This document shows, one piece after another, positions 42,386 through 51,437 of a stretch of DNA of 64,000 nt (the first letter of the stretch is position 1; every line of letters starts with the position of its first letter). The DNA is taken from the NCBI GenBank assembly GCA_019358915.1, contig JAHHIM010000004.1, positions 96,001 to 160,000 of the forward strand. Direction: 5' to 3'. The stretch comes from Trichormus sp. ATA11-4-KO1 (lineage in GTDB: Bacteria; Cyanobacteriota; Cyanobacteriia; Cyanobacteriales; Nostocaceae). Made by a program: the position numbers and the translations under genes. Under the pieces are notes generated by a model. That model was not told the origin of the DNA and made no database searches. It saw nothing but the letters and a program-made list of their open reading frames with translations.

Positions 42386-42883
42386 CTAATCACTGCGGAG
42401 AATAGGCGAATGCACAATAGCTTGTGCATCTAATACCAACAATATTTCTCCTTGTTGGACAACACATCCATGTAGATAAGGAACTAAACTAGATGCTACT
42501 TGTCCCACAGGAGAATGAATATCATCAGGCATAAACTTAGTTGTACCTTTGATTTCTTGTACGACTAAGCCTAAAAGCAGTGATTCCACCTTGATAACGA
42601 TGACATTATACTGCCGTAATCGATGATCGAGGAATTCTAAATTGAGCATTCTGGGTAAATCAACTGCCCAAATTATGCGACTCCGCCAATTCATTAATCC
42701 TAGTATGCAGGGCAACATATTAGGCATGGAAGTTACAGATTCAACAGGTAAAATAACTGCTTCTTGTGTGTAATTCATTGACAAAAGAGCAGTAGTCTGT
42801 TGATTGAGTTGAAACTTCAGATAGCCTTCTCCCAACTTATTTTGGCTTGTTTTTTTTGCAAGTATAATTCTAGAGTTATTCAT
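42386..42883 (-). CDS. CheW protein
   Basis: MPNM..CILGLMNWRSRIIWAVDL. Confidence 0.93.
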   Translation of the reverse strand: MNNSRIILAKKTSQNKLGEGYLKFQLNQQTTALLSMNYTQEAVILPVESVTSMPNMLPCILGLMNWRSRIIWAVDLPRMLNLEFLDHRLRQYNVIVIKVESLLLGLVVQEIKGTTKFMPDDIHSPVGQVASSLVPYLHGCVVQQGEILLVLDAQAIVHSPILRSD

Positions 42884-42887
42884 TGAT

Positions 42888-43265
42888 TTAAATTACCACT
42901 GATTTAATTGCACGCAGTAACTGTTCGCGTGTATATGGCTTAGTGATATAGACATCAGCACCTTGTTTCATCGCCCATAATCGGTCAATTTCCTGATTCT
43001 TAGAACTGCAAATAACTATCGGCACTTTTTGAGTTATCGGATTTTTTTTGAGAGAACGGCATAACTCAAATCCACTCATTCCTGGCATAACTACATCAGT
43101 AATTATTACATCTGGTTTTTGTGAAATAGCTTTTTCTAAAGCTTCTTTTGCACCATTAGCTTTAATGATATTGCAACCACTTTCCTTGAGATAATAGCTC
43201 ATGAGTTCTAATTCACTTGGTGAATCTTCTACAATCAAAATTGTGCTAACTAAGGTAATATTCAT
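42888..43265 (-). CDS. CheY-like single-domain response regulator
   Basis: ILIVED, DVVMPGMSGFELC, YITKP. Confidence 0.93.
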   Translation of the reverse strand: MNITLVSTILIVEDSPSELELMSYYLKESGCNIIKANGAKEALEKAISQKPDVIITDVVMPGMSGFELCRSLKKNPITQKVPIVICSSKNQEIDRLWAMKQGADVYITKPYTREQLLRAIKSVVI

Positions 43266-43336
43266 GCTGCAATCTCCTAAAAAAATAGATGTAAATAAAC
43301 ATCGAATTGCTATTTTTTGGCTCAATTCTTATTAAA

Positions 43337-44404
43337 TTAGCCTATGTGTTTAAACACCATTTTTAGCAGTTCTGGTTGTGTAAAAGGCTTAGTTAAGTAG
43401 CCTGATGCTCTGACCATCTTTGCCTTGGCTCGGTCGATAAATCCTGTCCGACCAGTTACCATAATGATTGGTATATTTCTAAAAGCTGAGTGTCTCCGTA
43501 ATAAGGCACATAATTCATAGCCATCTAAATTAGGCATTTCCACGTCTAATAAAATGAGGTCTGGTTTGCTGCGGAGAATTTGCATCAAAGCCTTGACTGG
43601 ATCGTTGATTGTCACCACTGAAAATGTGTTTTCATCCAAAAAAAGTTTGATGGAATTCAACACTGTTTGACTATCATCAATACAGGCAATGGTATATAAT
43701 TTATTTCTAATAAGTGACTCGTCAGTTTTTTTATTCCTGTTTTCAGAAATATCAAAATTATTCGCTCCGGGAAATTGTTGATCATTTTGAGATAGTGAAT
43801 GAGTTTGCGGCGGCTTTGTTGTGGATAAAACTTGAGAACCCTTCCCAGCATTAACTGGTGACTGGATATTTTGCCGATGTCGTAACTGCTTTTGACAGCA
43901 TTCGACTATTAACCGCAAATCCAAATGACAAAATTTTGGTAATTCATCCCAGGAACTCTCAGGCGAAAATTCATAACTCCCTTCCTTTAAAGCCAGAAAT
44001 GACTCCAGCACTTCTTTAGCCAATTCCTCTATTAAGGTTGCTGCTTGTGTAGGGGTAAGGTATTCCTGATTTATCAGCCAGCAAATTGCTTGATAATCGG
44101 CATATGGTATGGACTGATTTTCACTTTTCGGCTCAAACATCAGCCGCACCTGTATACGAGTGGCGCTGTTGAGAGCAGGAATATTTTGACTTAAGCGCCG
44201 CAAATGACTATCAAGCCGCTCAAAAAGTCGATGTGAATAAGAAGCATAAGTAAGTTTACCTGCTTCTAGATTAATTGACCAAGCAGCTTTTTCAGTAAAT
44301 ACACGTAAACAACCAGTAGCTTGGCGACTAGTGAGTTGTGCTAACAAAGATAAGGGATGTAGTTTCTGGAGTAACCAGTAGCTACCTATAGAAGTTGTGC
44401 TCAT
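43337..44404 (-). CDS. PatA-family response regulator (PATAN + REC)
   Basis: N-terminal TGCLRV..W.I.L..GKL.YA PATAN pattern; C-terminal IACIDDS...DVEMPNLDGY receiver. Confidence 0.92.
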   Translation of the reverse strand: MSTTSIGSYWLLQKLHPLSLLAQLTSRQATGCLRVFTEKAAWSINLEAGKLTYASYSHRLFERLDSHLRRLSQNIPALNSATRIQVRLMFEPKSENQSIPYADYQAICWLINQEYLTPTQAATLIEELAKEVLESFLALKEGSYEFSPESSWDELPKFCHLDLRLIVECCQKQLRHRQNIQSPVNAGKGSQVLSTTKPPQTHSLSQNDQQFPGANNFDISENRNKKTDESLIRNKLYTIACIDDSQTVLNSIKLFLDENTFSVVTINDPVKALMQILRSKPDLILLDVEMPNLDGYELCALLRRHSAFRNIPIIMVTGRTGFIDRAKAKMVRASGYLTKPFTQPELLKMVFKHIG

Positions 44405-44497
44405 TTTGCTTTTACTTCAGCTAAATTCAATACGTATAAGCTAAATTTGTGCGGAAGCTTGGCCACAATTCCCCATAAATATTAGTTAATCGCGTTT

Positions 44498-44513
44498 TGT
44501 AGTATCAAATACA
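44498..44513. promoter_or_regulatory. candidate NtcA box
   Basis: TGTA-GTATCAAA-TACA, exact GTA-N8-TAC with T/A flanks, ~95 bp upstream of the patA-like gene. Confidence 0.5.
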
Positions 44514-44849
44514 AAAGTTTCAGTCCGGGATTTGTGGATAAACTCAACGTAGCAGGCGTTATTGTCAGATGATCAAATCTCCGTTACTTGCTTATATTGA
44601 GATTTCTGGATATCTTGGGCTAATAAGTCAACTAAAGGTAAAGATTGAGTAAGTTTAGAGTAATGCTCGTTGAAACAATACTGTTAAATTAACAAAATTC
44701 AACTTGGCTTTTGACAGTATTTACACTTAGATTCAATTGAGAATGCCAAACTCAGATGGCTAATTGAGTAAACTTACCTAGAAGTTATATAAATTAACCA
44801 TGAAAAACCTCTCAACTTCTATTAGTGCAATTCTCTATATGATTCCCAC

Positions 44850-44959
44850 TTTAGGCAATAATATTAATGTGGTTTAATAGAACTCAACAGTTTATCGCTA
44901 CTGTTTTAGGCACTAATATTAATGTGGTTTAATAGAACTCAACAGTTTATCGCTACTGT
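44850..44959. repeat. 55-bp tandem duplication
   Basis: TTTAGGCA(A/C)TAATATTAATGTGGTTTAATAGAACTCAACAGTTTATCGCTACTGT twice, 1 mismatch. Confidence 0.95.
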
Positions 44960-45056
44960 ATCATCAACACGCTTTTTCAGGGATGTTGCCTTGTTGAGAT
45001 AGTAACTCTGATTTAGAGTGCTGCGATCGCACTCTGAAAAACTAGCAATAATCTTC

Positions 45057-47228
45057 TCATCGTCCAAACAGCCGTAGTACACCACCTGTGCGGCTCGTTG
45101 TACTGGTAGAATCAGCATTGGGAATAGTGGGGACGATGATCGGCTTTGGTTCTTTAACCGATATTTGACTTTGAGCTTGATTACGGGCTTTAATTGCCTC
45201 AGGGTAATTAGGCTTGTATTTTATTGCTTGCTCATAAGATGCGATCGCATCTTGATATCGCTGTAAATTTAATAAAGCATTACCTCTGCTATACCAACTT
45301 TCGGCATGGTTTTGTTGATAACGCACAGCCTGGTCATAAGAGGCGATCGCGTCTGCGTATTTCTGTAAAATATATTGTGAATTGCCTAGGTTATACCAGA
45401 TTTGATAATCATTTGCTTTAATTGCGGCGGCTTTTTTGTAAGATTCCACCGCTTCGTCATAGCGTTGGCTTTGATGTAGCGCCCAACCCCGACTAGACAA
45501 TGCTTGATAGTCTTTAGCATTAATTTTCAGGACTTGATTAAATGATTCGATTGCTTCTGGATAGCGTTGTAAGGTAATGAGTACACTACTTCTGGAAAAC
45601 CAAGCCGGGTAATAATTCTGCTGGTATTGTACTGCTTTATCATAAGCTGTAAAAGCATATTTGTAGCGGTTTAAATTTACTAGTGCATTACCTAGAGCAT
45701 ACCAAGCTTGTCCATAGTCTGATTTGATTTCGATAGCTTTTTCATAAGCAGCAATGGCATCATCATATTGTTTTAATTTATGAAATGCTAAACCTTGTTT
45801 GTACCAAGCTTGATAATAATTGGATTGTAATTTTACTGCTTTTTTATAAGATTGAATTGCATTATTATATTGCTGTAAATTAGTAAATACTTCTCCTTTC
45901 GCATACCAAACCTCTGGGTATTTACTGTCTATTTGTAAGGCTTTATCAAAAGAGGCGATCGCTTCTGGGTAGCGTTGTAAATTTTGCAAGACAAAGCCTC
46001 TACCACTCCAAGCTTCTACATAATCCGGCTGAAGTTGAATTGCTTGATCATAGGCTATCAGTGCATCTTCATATTTTTTTAATTCAAACAGTGTTTTTCC
46101 TTGACCATTCCATCCTTGAACATAATCTGGTCTAATATTTACTGCTTCTTGATAAGCCGCTAGAGCATCTTGATAACGTTGTAGTTCAAAGAGTGTACTT
46201 CCTTGTTTAGATAATGCTGTAGCGTTATTAGCATTAATACTATTAACTACAAATATAGATGCTATGCCACTGATGCCTACTAAAAATGTTGCTAATGATA
46301 GTTTAATAAATATGCCTTTTTTGTGTTTATGAAATTTTGGATTATTTACTGACAACGCAAACTTGGGTGGTAAACCGGGACTCAAGGCAATAGTCCCAGA
46401 TGATGGCTGTGTTAACTCCTTCAGGGTTTGTAAGGCCGCAGTTGCCGAAGAATAGCGTTGCCGGAAATCATAACACACCATTTTGTCGATAAATTGAGCA
46501 AATTCTGGTGATACAGTGGTTTGATTTTGCCAGACAATTTCATTAGTTTCAATATCGATTTTTAATTGGTCTGGTGATAATCCGGTTAGGGCTTGAATGG
46601 CAATTATCCCTACTGCGTAAATATCACTGCTAAATTTTGGTGTACCTTGGGCTTGTTCTCCCGGTAAATATCCAGGAGTGCCTATAGCAACAGTACATTT
46701 AGTTTGACCTTCAGGGCTAATTACTTGGGTAGTGATTTGCTTAACTGCCCCAAAATCAATTAAAACCAACTTATGATCTTGCTGGCGTCTGAGTAAATTT
46801 CGCGGGTTGACATCGCGGTGAATTACTTTTTGCTGGTGGACAAATTCTAAAATTTCCAAGATTTCTTGGATCAGGGGAATCACCTGGTCTTGACTCAGGA
46901 TTGTTCCTGGAGTTAACTCTTGACTTAGGTCATGACCTGCGATGAATTCCTGTACCAGATAAAATTCTGCACTTTCCTCAAAGTAAGCTAAAAGCTGGGG
47001 AATGCGATCGTGAGTGCCTAATTTATACAGAACTTGCGCTTCTGTATCAAATAAACGCCTCGCTGTTTCCAAATTTATTGGATCAGTTGATTGGGGCTTC
47101 AGTCTCTTGACCACACACTGAGGTAATCCAGGCAAGTGAGTATCACAAGCGACAAAAGTTTCACCAAATCCCCCACCTCCCAAGTGGCTAATAATTTGGT
47201 ATCTTCCAACAAGTGTGTTTCCCAGCAT
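45057..47228 (-). CDS. Ser/Thr protein kinase with TM segment and ~10 TPR repeats
   Basis: LGGGGFGETF, HRDVNPRN, DFG, GTPGY; repeated W..RG..L..LQRY.EAIASY..A. Confidence 0.95.
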   Translation of the reverse strand: MLGNTLVGRYQIISHLGGGGFGETFVACDTHLPGLPQCVVKRLKPQSTDPINLETARRLFDTEAQVLYKLGTHDRIPQLLAYFEESAEFYLVQEFIAGHDLSQELTPGTILSQDQVIPLIQEILEILEFVHQQKVIHRDVNPRNLLRRQQDHKLVLIDFGAVKQITTQVISPEGQTKCTVAIGTPGYLPGEQAQGTPKFSSDIYAVGIIAIQALTGLSPDQLKIDIETNEIVWQNQTTVSPEFAQFIDKMVCYDFRQRYSSATAALQTLKELTQPSSGTIALSPGLPPKFALSVNNPKFHKHKKGIFIKLSLATFLVGISGIASIFVVNSINANNATALSKQGSTLFELQRYQDALAAYQEAVNIRPDYVQGWNGQGKTLFELKKYEDALIAYDQAIQLQPDYVEAWSGRGFVLQNLQRYPEAIASFDKALQIDSKYPEVWYAKGEVFTNLQQYNNAIQSYKKAVKLQSNYYQAWYKQGLAFHKLKQYDDAIAAYEKAIEIKSDYGQAWYALGNALVNLNRYKYAFTAYDKAVQYQQNYYPAWFSRSSVLITLQRYPEAIESFNQVLKINAKDYQALSSRGWALHQSQRYDEAVESYKKAAAIKANDYQIWYNLGNSQYILQKYADAIASYDQAVRYQQNHAESWYSRGNALLNLQRYQDAIASYEQAIKYKPNYPEAIKARNQAQSQISVKEPKPIIVPTIPNADSTSTTSRTGGVLRLFGR

Positions 47229-47453
47229 CTCGTTTGCCTAATTGAGTGCATTGTGATCTGATTTCAATCTTGCCACAAATTATCTGGAACAGGGGAAAAG
47301 AGAGATAGGGTGATGGGGAAACGCATCTTATTTAAGAATAAAAACTATGATATGGATAACTGTAGAAATTGAGAAAATTATAAGCAAAATAAATCAACGA
47401 TTTTTCAGAAATACTAATTAGCTTATTTCTAGATAAATTTGCCTTAACCAATT

Positions 47454-47494
47454 ATATAGTTTATCTGTACTACTTAGAACACACCTCTACCTAT
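47454..47494. repeat. left 41-bp direct repeat bounding the redox island
   Basis: ATATAGTTTATCTGTACTACTTAGAACACACCTCTACCTAT; 36/41 identical to 54648-54688. Confidence 0.85.
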
Positions 47495-47703
47495 CACTTT
47501 TTCTCAATTTAGAGGATGTTTGTCAAGTCGAAAATTATCCTAAAAACCCCTTTCCAAACCTCTCCCTGAAACTGAGAGAAGCTTTAAAATTCTCATTCCC
47601 TATAAGGGAATGGCAGGATGGTTTCATATATCGTGGAACAAAACAAGCTATAGTTAATTTATCCTAGAATAGTTTTTATAAGAACAGTCTAATTAGATAA
47701 ACC

Positions 47704-48159
47704 ATGTTCAGTTCCTCCTCATCTTCAACAAACACAGCAGCAAAAGAAGAATTCATCCCCATCATGCGCGAACTAGCAAGAACATATCAAGCATTTTCCG
47801 CTTACTCAGAAGCGCACGTCCGCGAGATGGGGTTAACCCCGGCTCAATTTGACGTAATTGCCACCCTTGGTAATACCCAGGGATTGAGTATGGGAGAAAT
47901 CGGAGAAAAAACACTAATCACAAAAGGTACACTTACAGGAATCATCGACAGGTTAAAACAAAAGCAATTAGTAGAGCGAGAAGTACCTGCTGATAATCGG
48001 CGCAGTGTGATTGTGCGGCTGACACCCAAAGGAGAAGCCTTATTTGCACAAGTTTTTCCAGAGCATATTGCTTACCTCAAAGAACGCTTCACACAACTAG
48101 AACCATCGGAGCTAAAGCTGCTAGAAGTTTTACTGAAACGATTACGGCAAGTATTTTAA
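47704..48159 (+). CDS. MarR-family transcriptional regulator
   Basis: GLTPAQFDVI..L, LTGIIDRL....LVER...NRRSVIVRLT.KG. Confidence 0.93.
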   Translation: MFSSSSSSTNTAAKEEFIPIMRELARTYQAFSAYSEAHVREMGLTPAQFDVIATLGNTQGLSMGEIGEKTLITKGTLTGIIDRLKQKQLVEREVPADNRRSVIVRLTPKGEALFAQVFPEHIAYLKERFTQLEPSELKLLEVLLKRLRQVF

Positions 48160-48276
48160 AAAATATTTGAAAAAAGTTGCTACCCCTATTGCCAGTGTAA
48201 AAAAACCATGCTAGTTTTAATTCATGGTTCGAGTTAGAACATTACTAATCAAGATTAAATACCGGAACAATTAGCA

Positions 48277-48483
48277 ATGGCACCCAAAAATGAACTAGCT
48301 CCCGTCGTATTGAACTTAGATGCAGGAACTCACTGGCTTTGTAGCTGTGGACTGTCAAAAAACTTTCCCCACTGTGATGGGTCACATCAAGGAACAGGAT
48401 TGCAACCTTTGACACTAGAACTTAATGCACCCAAAGTTGTGGAAGTCTCTGGAGTAGTTCCTACCAAAAAGCTGAACAGCTAA
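48277..48483 (+). CDS. CDGSH iron-sulfur domain protein
   Basis: WLCSCGLSKNFPHCDGSH. Confidence 0.92.
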   Translation: MAPKNELAPVVLNLDAGTHWLCSCGLSKNFPHCDGSHQGTGLQPLTLELNAPKVVEVSGVVPTKKLNS

Positions 48484-48495
48484 GGAAGTGAAATC

Positions 48496-49761
48496 ATGGG
48501 ACAACGTTCTCGCATAATGATTATTGGTGCTGGTTTCGCAGGTTTGCAAGCAGCTCAACATCTCGCCAAGACTAACTTAGAGGTAGTGTTAATTGACCGG
48601 AAAAATTATCACACATTCCAACCTCTACTACATCAAGTAGCAACAGCAGAGTTAGAACCAGAACAAATTGCTTACCCCATTCGGCGGCTGTTGAGAAATG
48701 CCAAAAATATCCAATTTGTCATGGCAGAGGTGCAAGGTGTCCAAATAGCAGATAGAGTTGTAGTCACTGACAACGGTTGGTTTACCTATGATTACCTAGT
48801 GTTGGCTACGGGAAGTGCCACTCAATTAGGTAAAGTACCTGGTGTAGCAGCACACGCATTTTCACTCAAAACCTTGGAAGATGCCATTAACCTGCACCAT
48901 CAAATACTGCGTTGTTTTGAACAAGCAATGCAAGAACCAAACCCAGAAAAACGGCAATCATTACTTACCTTCGTGATTGTCGGTGGTGGAGCAACGGGGG
49001 TTGAACTCGCCAGCGCTATGGCTGAATGGATTGGGAAAACCTTGGTCAAAGATTATGGTAGGCTTTGTCAGCAAAGTCGTTTGGTGTTATTACATTCAGG
49101 CAGCAGTTTATTGAATGGAATGCACCCCCGCTTACAAACCTATACTCAGAGACATTTGCAGCGTTTAGGGGTGGAAGTCCGCTTAAACAGCCGAGTTAGT
49201 GAGGTTTTCCCAGATGCCGTACAACTCCAAACAGGAGATGTGTTGAACTCAGCAACAGTAGTCTGGGCTACAGGTGTACGTGTGACATTACCGAAAAATA
49301 TTGGCGAACTTCCGACCACGAAAAACCAGCAAATACCAGTTCTTCCCTCCTTGCAAATAGTAGGTCATGAAAATATCTATGCTATTGGTGATATTGCTGC
49401 TTTAGAACAGAACGGACAATCATTACCAATGACGGCAGCATTGGCAACACAACAAGGCAGATTTGTTGCCCAAAATCTCAAACGACAAACACGAGGAGTG
49501 AAGCTACTAGCCTTTAACTATCGGCATTTTGGCTCAATGGTAATTTTGGGTCGTCATGCAGCAGTTATGCAGTTAAGAAACTGGATTTTTACAGGGTTTA
49601 CAGCATGGTTGCTGTGGTTAGTAGTTCATGTTGCCCTACTGCGAGGCTTTCGGCAACGCTGGATGACACTGTTTAATTGGTTCGTGAGCTACTTCTGGAA
49701 TGAGCGAGTGGCGCGGAGCATTTTTTGTCAGACACAGACAGAAAAATTTTTTCTTCAATAG
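48496..49761 (+). CDS. type II NAD(P)H:quinone oxidoreductase (NDH-2)
   Basis: IIGAGFAG, FQPLLHQVATA, YDYLVLATGS, VGGGATGVELA, YAIGD, C-terminal membrane helix. Confidence 0.9.
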   Translation: MGQRSRIMIIGAGFAGLQAAQHLAKTNLEVVLIDRKNYHTFQPLLHQVATAELEPEQIAYPIRRLLRNAKNIQFVMAEVQGVQIADRVVVTDNGWFTYDYLVLATGSATQLGKVPGVAAHAFSLKTLEDAINLHHQILRCFEQAMQEPNPEKRQSLLTFVIVGGGATGVELASAMAEWIGKTLVKDYGRLCQQSRLVLLHSGSSLLNGMHPRLQTYTQRHLQRLGVEVRLNSRVSEVFPDAVQLQTGDVLNSATVVWATGVRVTLPKNIGELPTTKNQQIPVLPSLQIVGHENIYAIGDIAALEQNGQSLPMTAALATQQGRFVAQNLKRQTRGVKLLAFNYRHFGSMVILGRHAAVMQLRNWIFTGFTAWLLWLVVHVALLRGFRQRWMTLFNWFVSYFWNERVARSIFCQTQTEKFFLQ

Positions 49762-49795
49762 TTCTATTTAGTACAGTTTTACATAGGATAAAATT

Positions 49796-50317
49796 ATGAA
49801 ACTCACAATCCACGAATTTTCCAATCATAATCCATCAGATACACCCAAGAGCGATCGCCAAAGGCGGGACGAAGCCCATCGCTCCATCAGACTAGCGAAA
49901 CCCACGATTGACCTTGGCACAGCCCCCTACGCTATCCTGTTGTTACGGGTGAGCTTGGGTATGCTGTTCGTAGCTCACGGATTGTTAAAGGTAATGGTAT
50001 TTACCTTACCAGGAACGGCTCAATTCTTTACCAGTGTTGGTCTACCAGGGTTTATGGCATACATTGTCACACCAGTAGAAATCATTGGCGGATTGATGCT
50101 GATTGTAGGAATTTATACCCGTTGGGTATCACTGGCTTTATTTCCCATTCTGTTAGTAGCCACGGTGAAAGTCCACGGTGGGAATGGCTGGCTTTTTACC
50201 AACGAAGGTGGCGGTTGGGAGTTTTCCGCCTTCTTCGGTGTTGCCACTATCGTCCAGTTTCTCCTCGGTGATGGAGCCTATGCTTTGGGTTCTATTTGGC
50301 ACAAACAACGACGCTAA
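49796..50317 (+). CDS. DoxX-family membrane protein
   Basis: LLLRVSLG.LFVAHGL.K, E..GG.ML..G..TR, GGWEF, G.GAYAL. Confidence 0.9.
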   Translation: MKLTIHEFSNHNPSDTPKSDRQRRDEAHRSIRLAKPTIDLGTAPYAILLLRVSLGMLFVAHGLLKVMVFTLPGTAQFFTSVGLPGFMAYIVTPVEIIGGLMLIVGIYTRWVSLALFPILLVATVKVHGGNGWLFTNEGGGWEFSAFFGVATIVQFLLGDGAYALGSIWHKQRR

Positions 50318-50416
50318 TTTATGCAACTGACCATGAAAATCCAGACAATAAGATACTTTCAAACCTGCTTTATGTCTGGATTTCTTAATTTTGAAGTTTG
50401 AGAACCTTGAATTATT

Positions 50417-51196
50417 ATGACTAGTTTACCGAGCATCTTTATTTCTCACGGAGCGCCAGATTTACCAATTAGAGATGGGGATGTTTCACAGTTTCTCCGA
50501 CAACTGGGACAATCCTTTCCTAAACCCCAAGCAATTCTGGTAATATCCGCCCACTGGAATACTCGCATTCCGACTGTGAGTATGGCTACCCAACCCAGAA
50601 CAATTTATGACTTTTCTGGATTTCCCGATTCCATGTATCAATTGTCTTACCCTGTCCCTGGTGCGCCGGAGTTGGGAAAACAAGTGATAGAGTTACTGAA
50701 CAATGAGGGAATACAAACTCAAGTCAATCAAAAGCGCGGATTAGACCACGGTGTTTGGACACCCTTAATCTTGACTTATCCCCAAGCTGATATTCCCCTG
50801 ACTCAGTTATCAATTCAATATAACTCTAGTCCTGAGCATCATTATCAGATAGGACAAGCACTGCGATCGCTACGCCATGAAAATGTTCTCATCTTAGCCA
50901 GTGGCGGAGCCACCCACAACCTTCATGCCTTCGGTACAGCTTACGATGCAACACCACCTGATTGGATACTAGAGTTTGATAATTGGCTGGCTGATACAAT
51001 TGCCCGCAATGATATCAACGCCTTACTCAATTATCGTCAATTAGCACCCTACGCCGCCGAAAACCATCCCACAGAAGAACACTTACTACCGTTATTTGTA
51101 GCCCTTGGTGCTGGAGGTGCAAACGCCACGGGAACACAATTACACAGCAGTTATACCTATGGTGTTTTTAGTATGGCTGCTTACGCCTTTGCTTAA
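50417..51196 (+). CDS. LigB-family extradiol ring-cleavage dioxygenase (DODA/YgiD type)
   Basis: FISHGAP, ISAHW, YDFSGFP, RGLDHGVW, SGGATHNL, HPTEEHLLPL. Confidence 0.92.
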   Translation: MTSLPSIFISHGAPDLPIRDGDVSQFLRQLGQSFPKPQAILVISAHWNTRIPTVSMATQPRTIYDFSGFPDSMYQLSYPVPGAPELGKQVIELLNNEGIQTQVNQKRGLDHGVWTPLILTYPQADIPLTQLSIQYNSSPEHHYQIGQALRSLRHENVLILASGGATHNLHAFGTAYDATPPDWILEFDNWLADTIARNDINALLNYRQLAPYAAENHPTEEHLLPLFVALGAGGANATGTQLHSSYTYGVFSMAAYAFA

Positions 51197-51250
51197 CTCG
51201 CAATTACAAAAAAAGGCGTTGCTAAATCGAGGAATAAAACTAAAAAAATC

Positions 51251-51353
51251 GGCGTTGCATAAATGCGGGATGATTTGCCAAGAATAAACTTAGATTCTTT
51301 GCGCCTTTGCGCCTTTGCGCGAAACAAAAATCATCCCATTAATCAGCAACCCC
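51251..51353. mobile_element. MITE with 8-bp TSD, nested in an older GGCGTTGC-type element
   Basis: GGCGTTGCAT..GGGATGA / TCATCCC..CAGCAACCCC termini; AAAAAATC on both flanks; second GGCGTTGCTAAAT end at 51215. Confidence 0.7.
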
Positions 51354-51437
51354 AAAAAATCCATCCCTCAAACTCTTACTCTCTGCGCCTCTGCGTGAAA
51401 AAAATTCATACTTTCATTCAACACAGGAAAAAAAATC

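Noticed and set aside
44850..44959. Possible CRISPR array
   Set aside because: Only two contiguous copies with no spacer, and no cas genes in the window.
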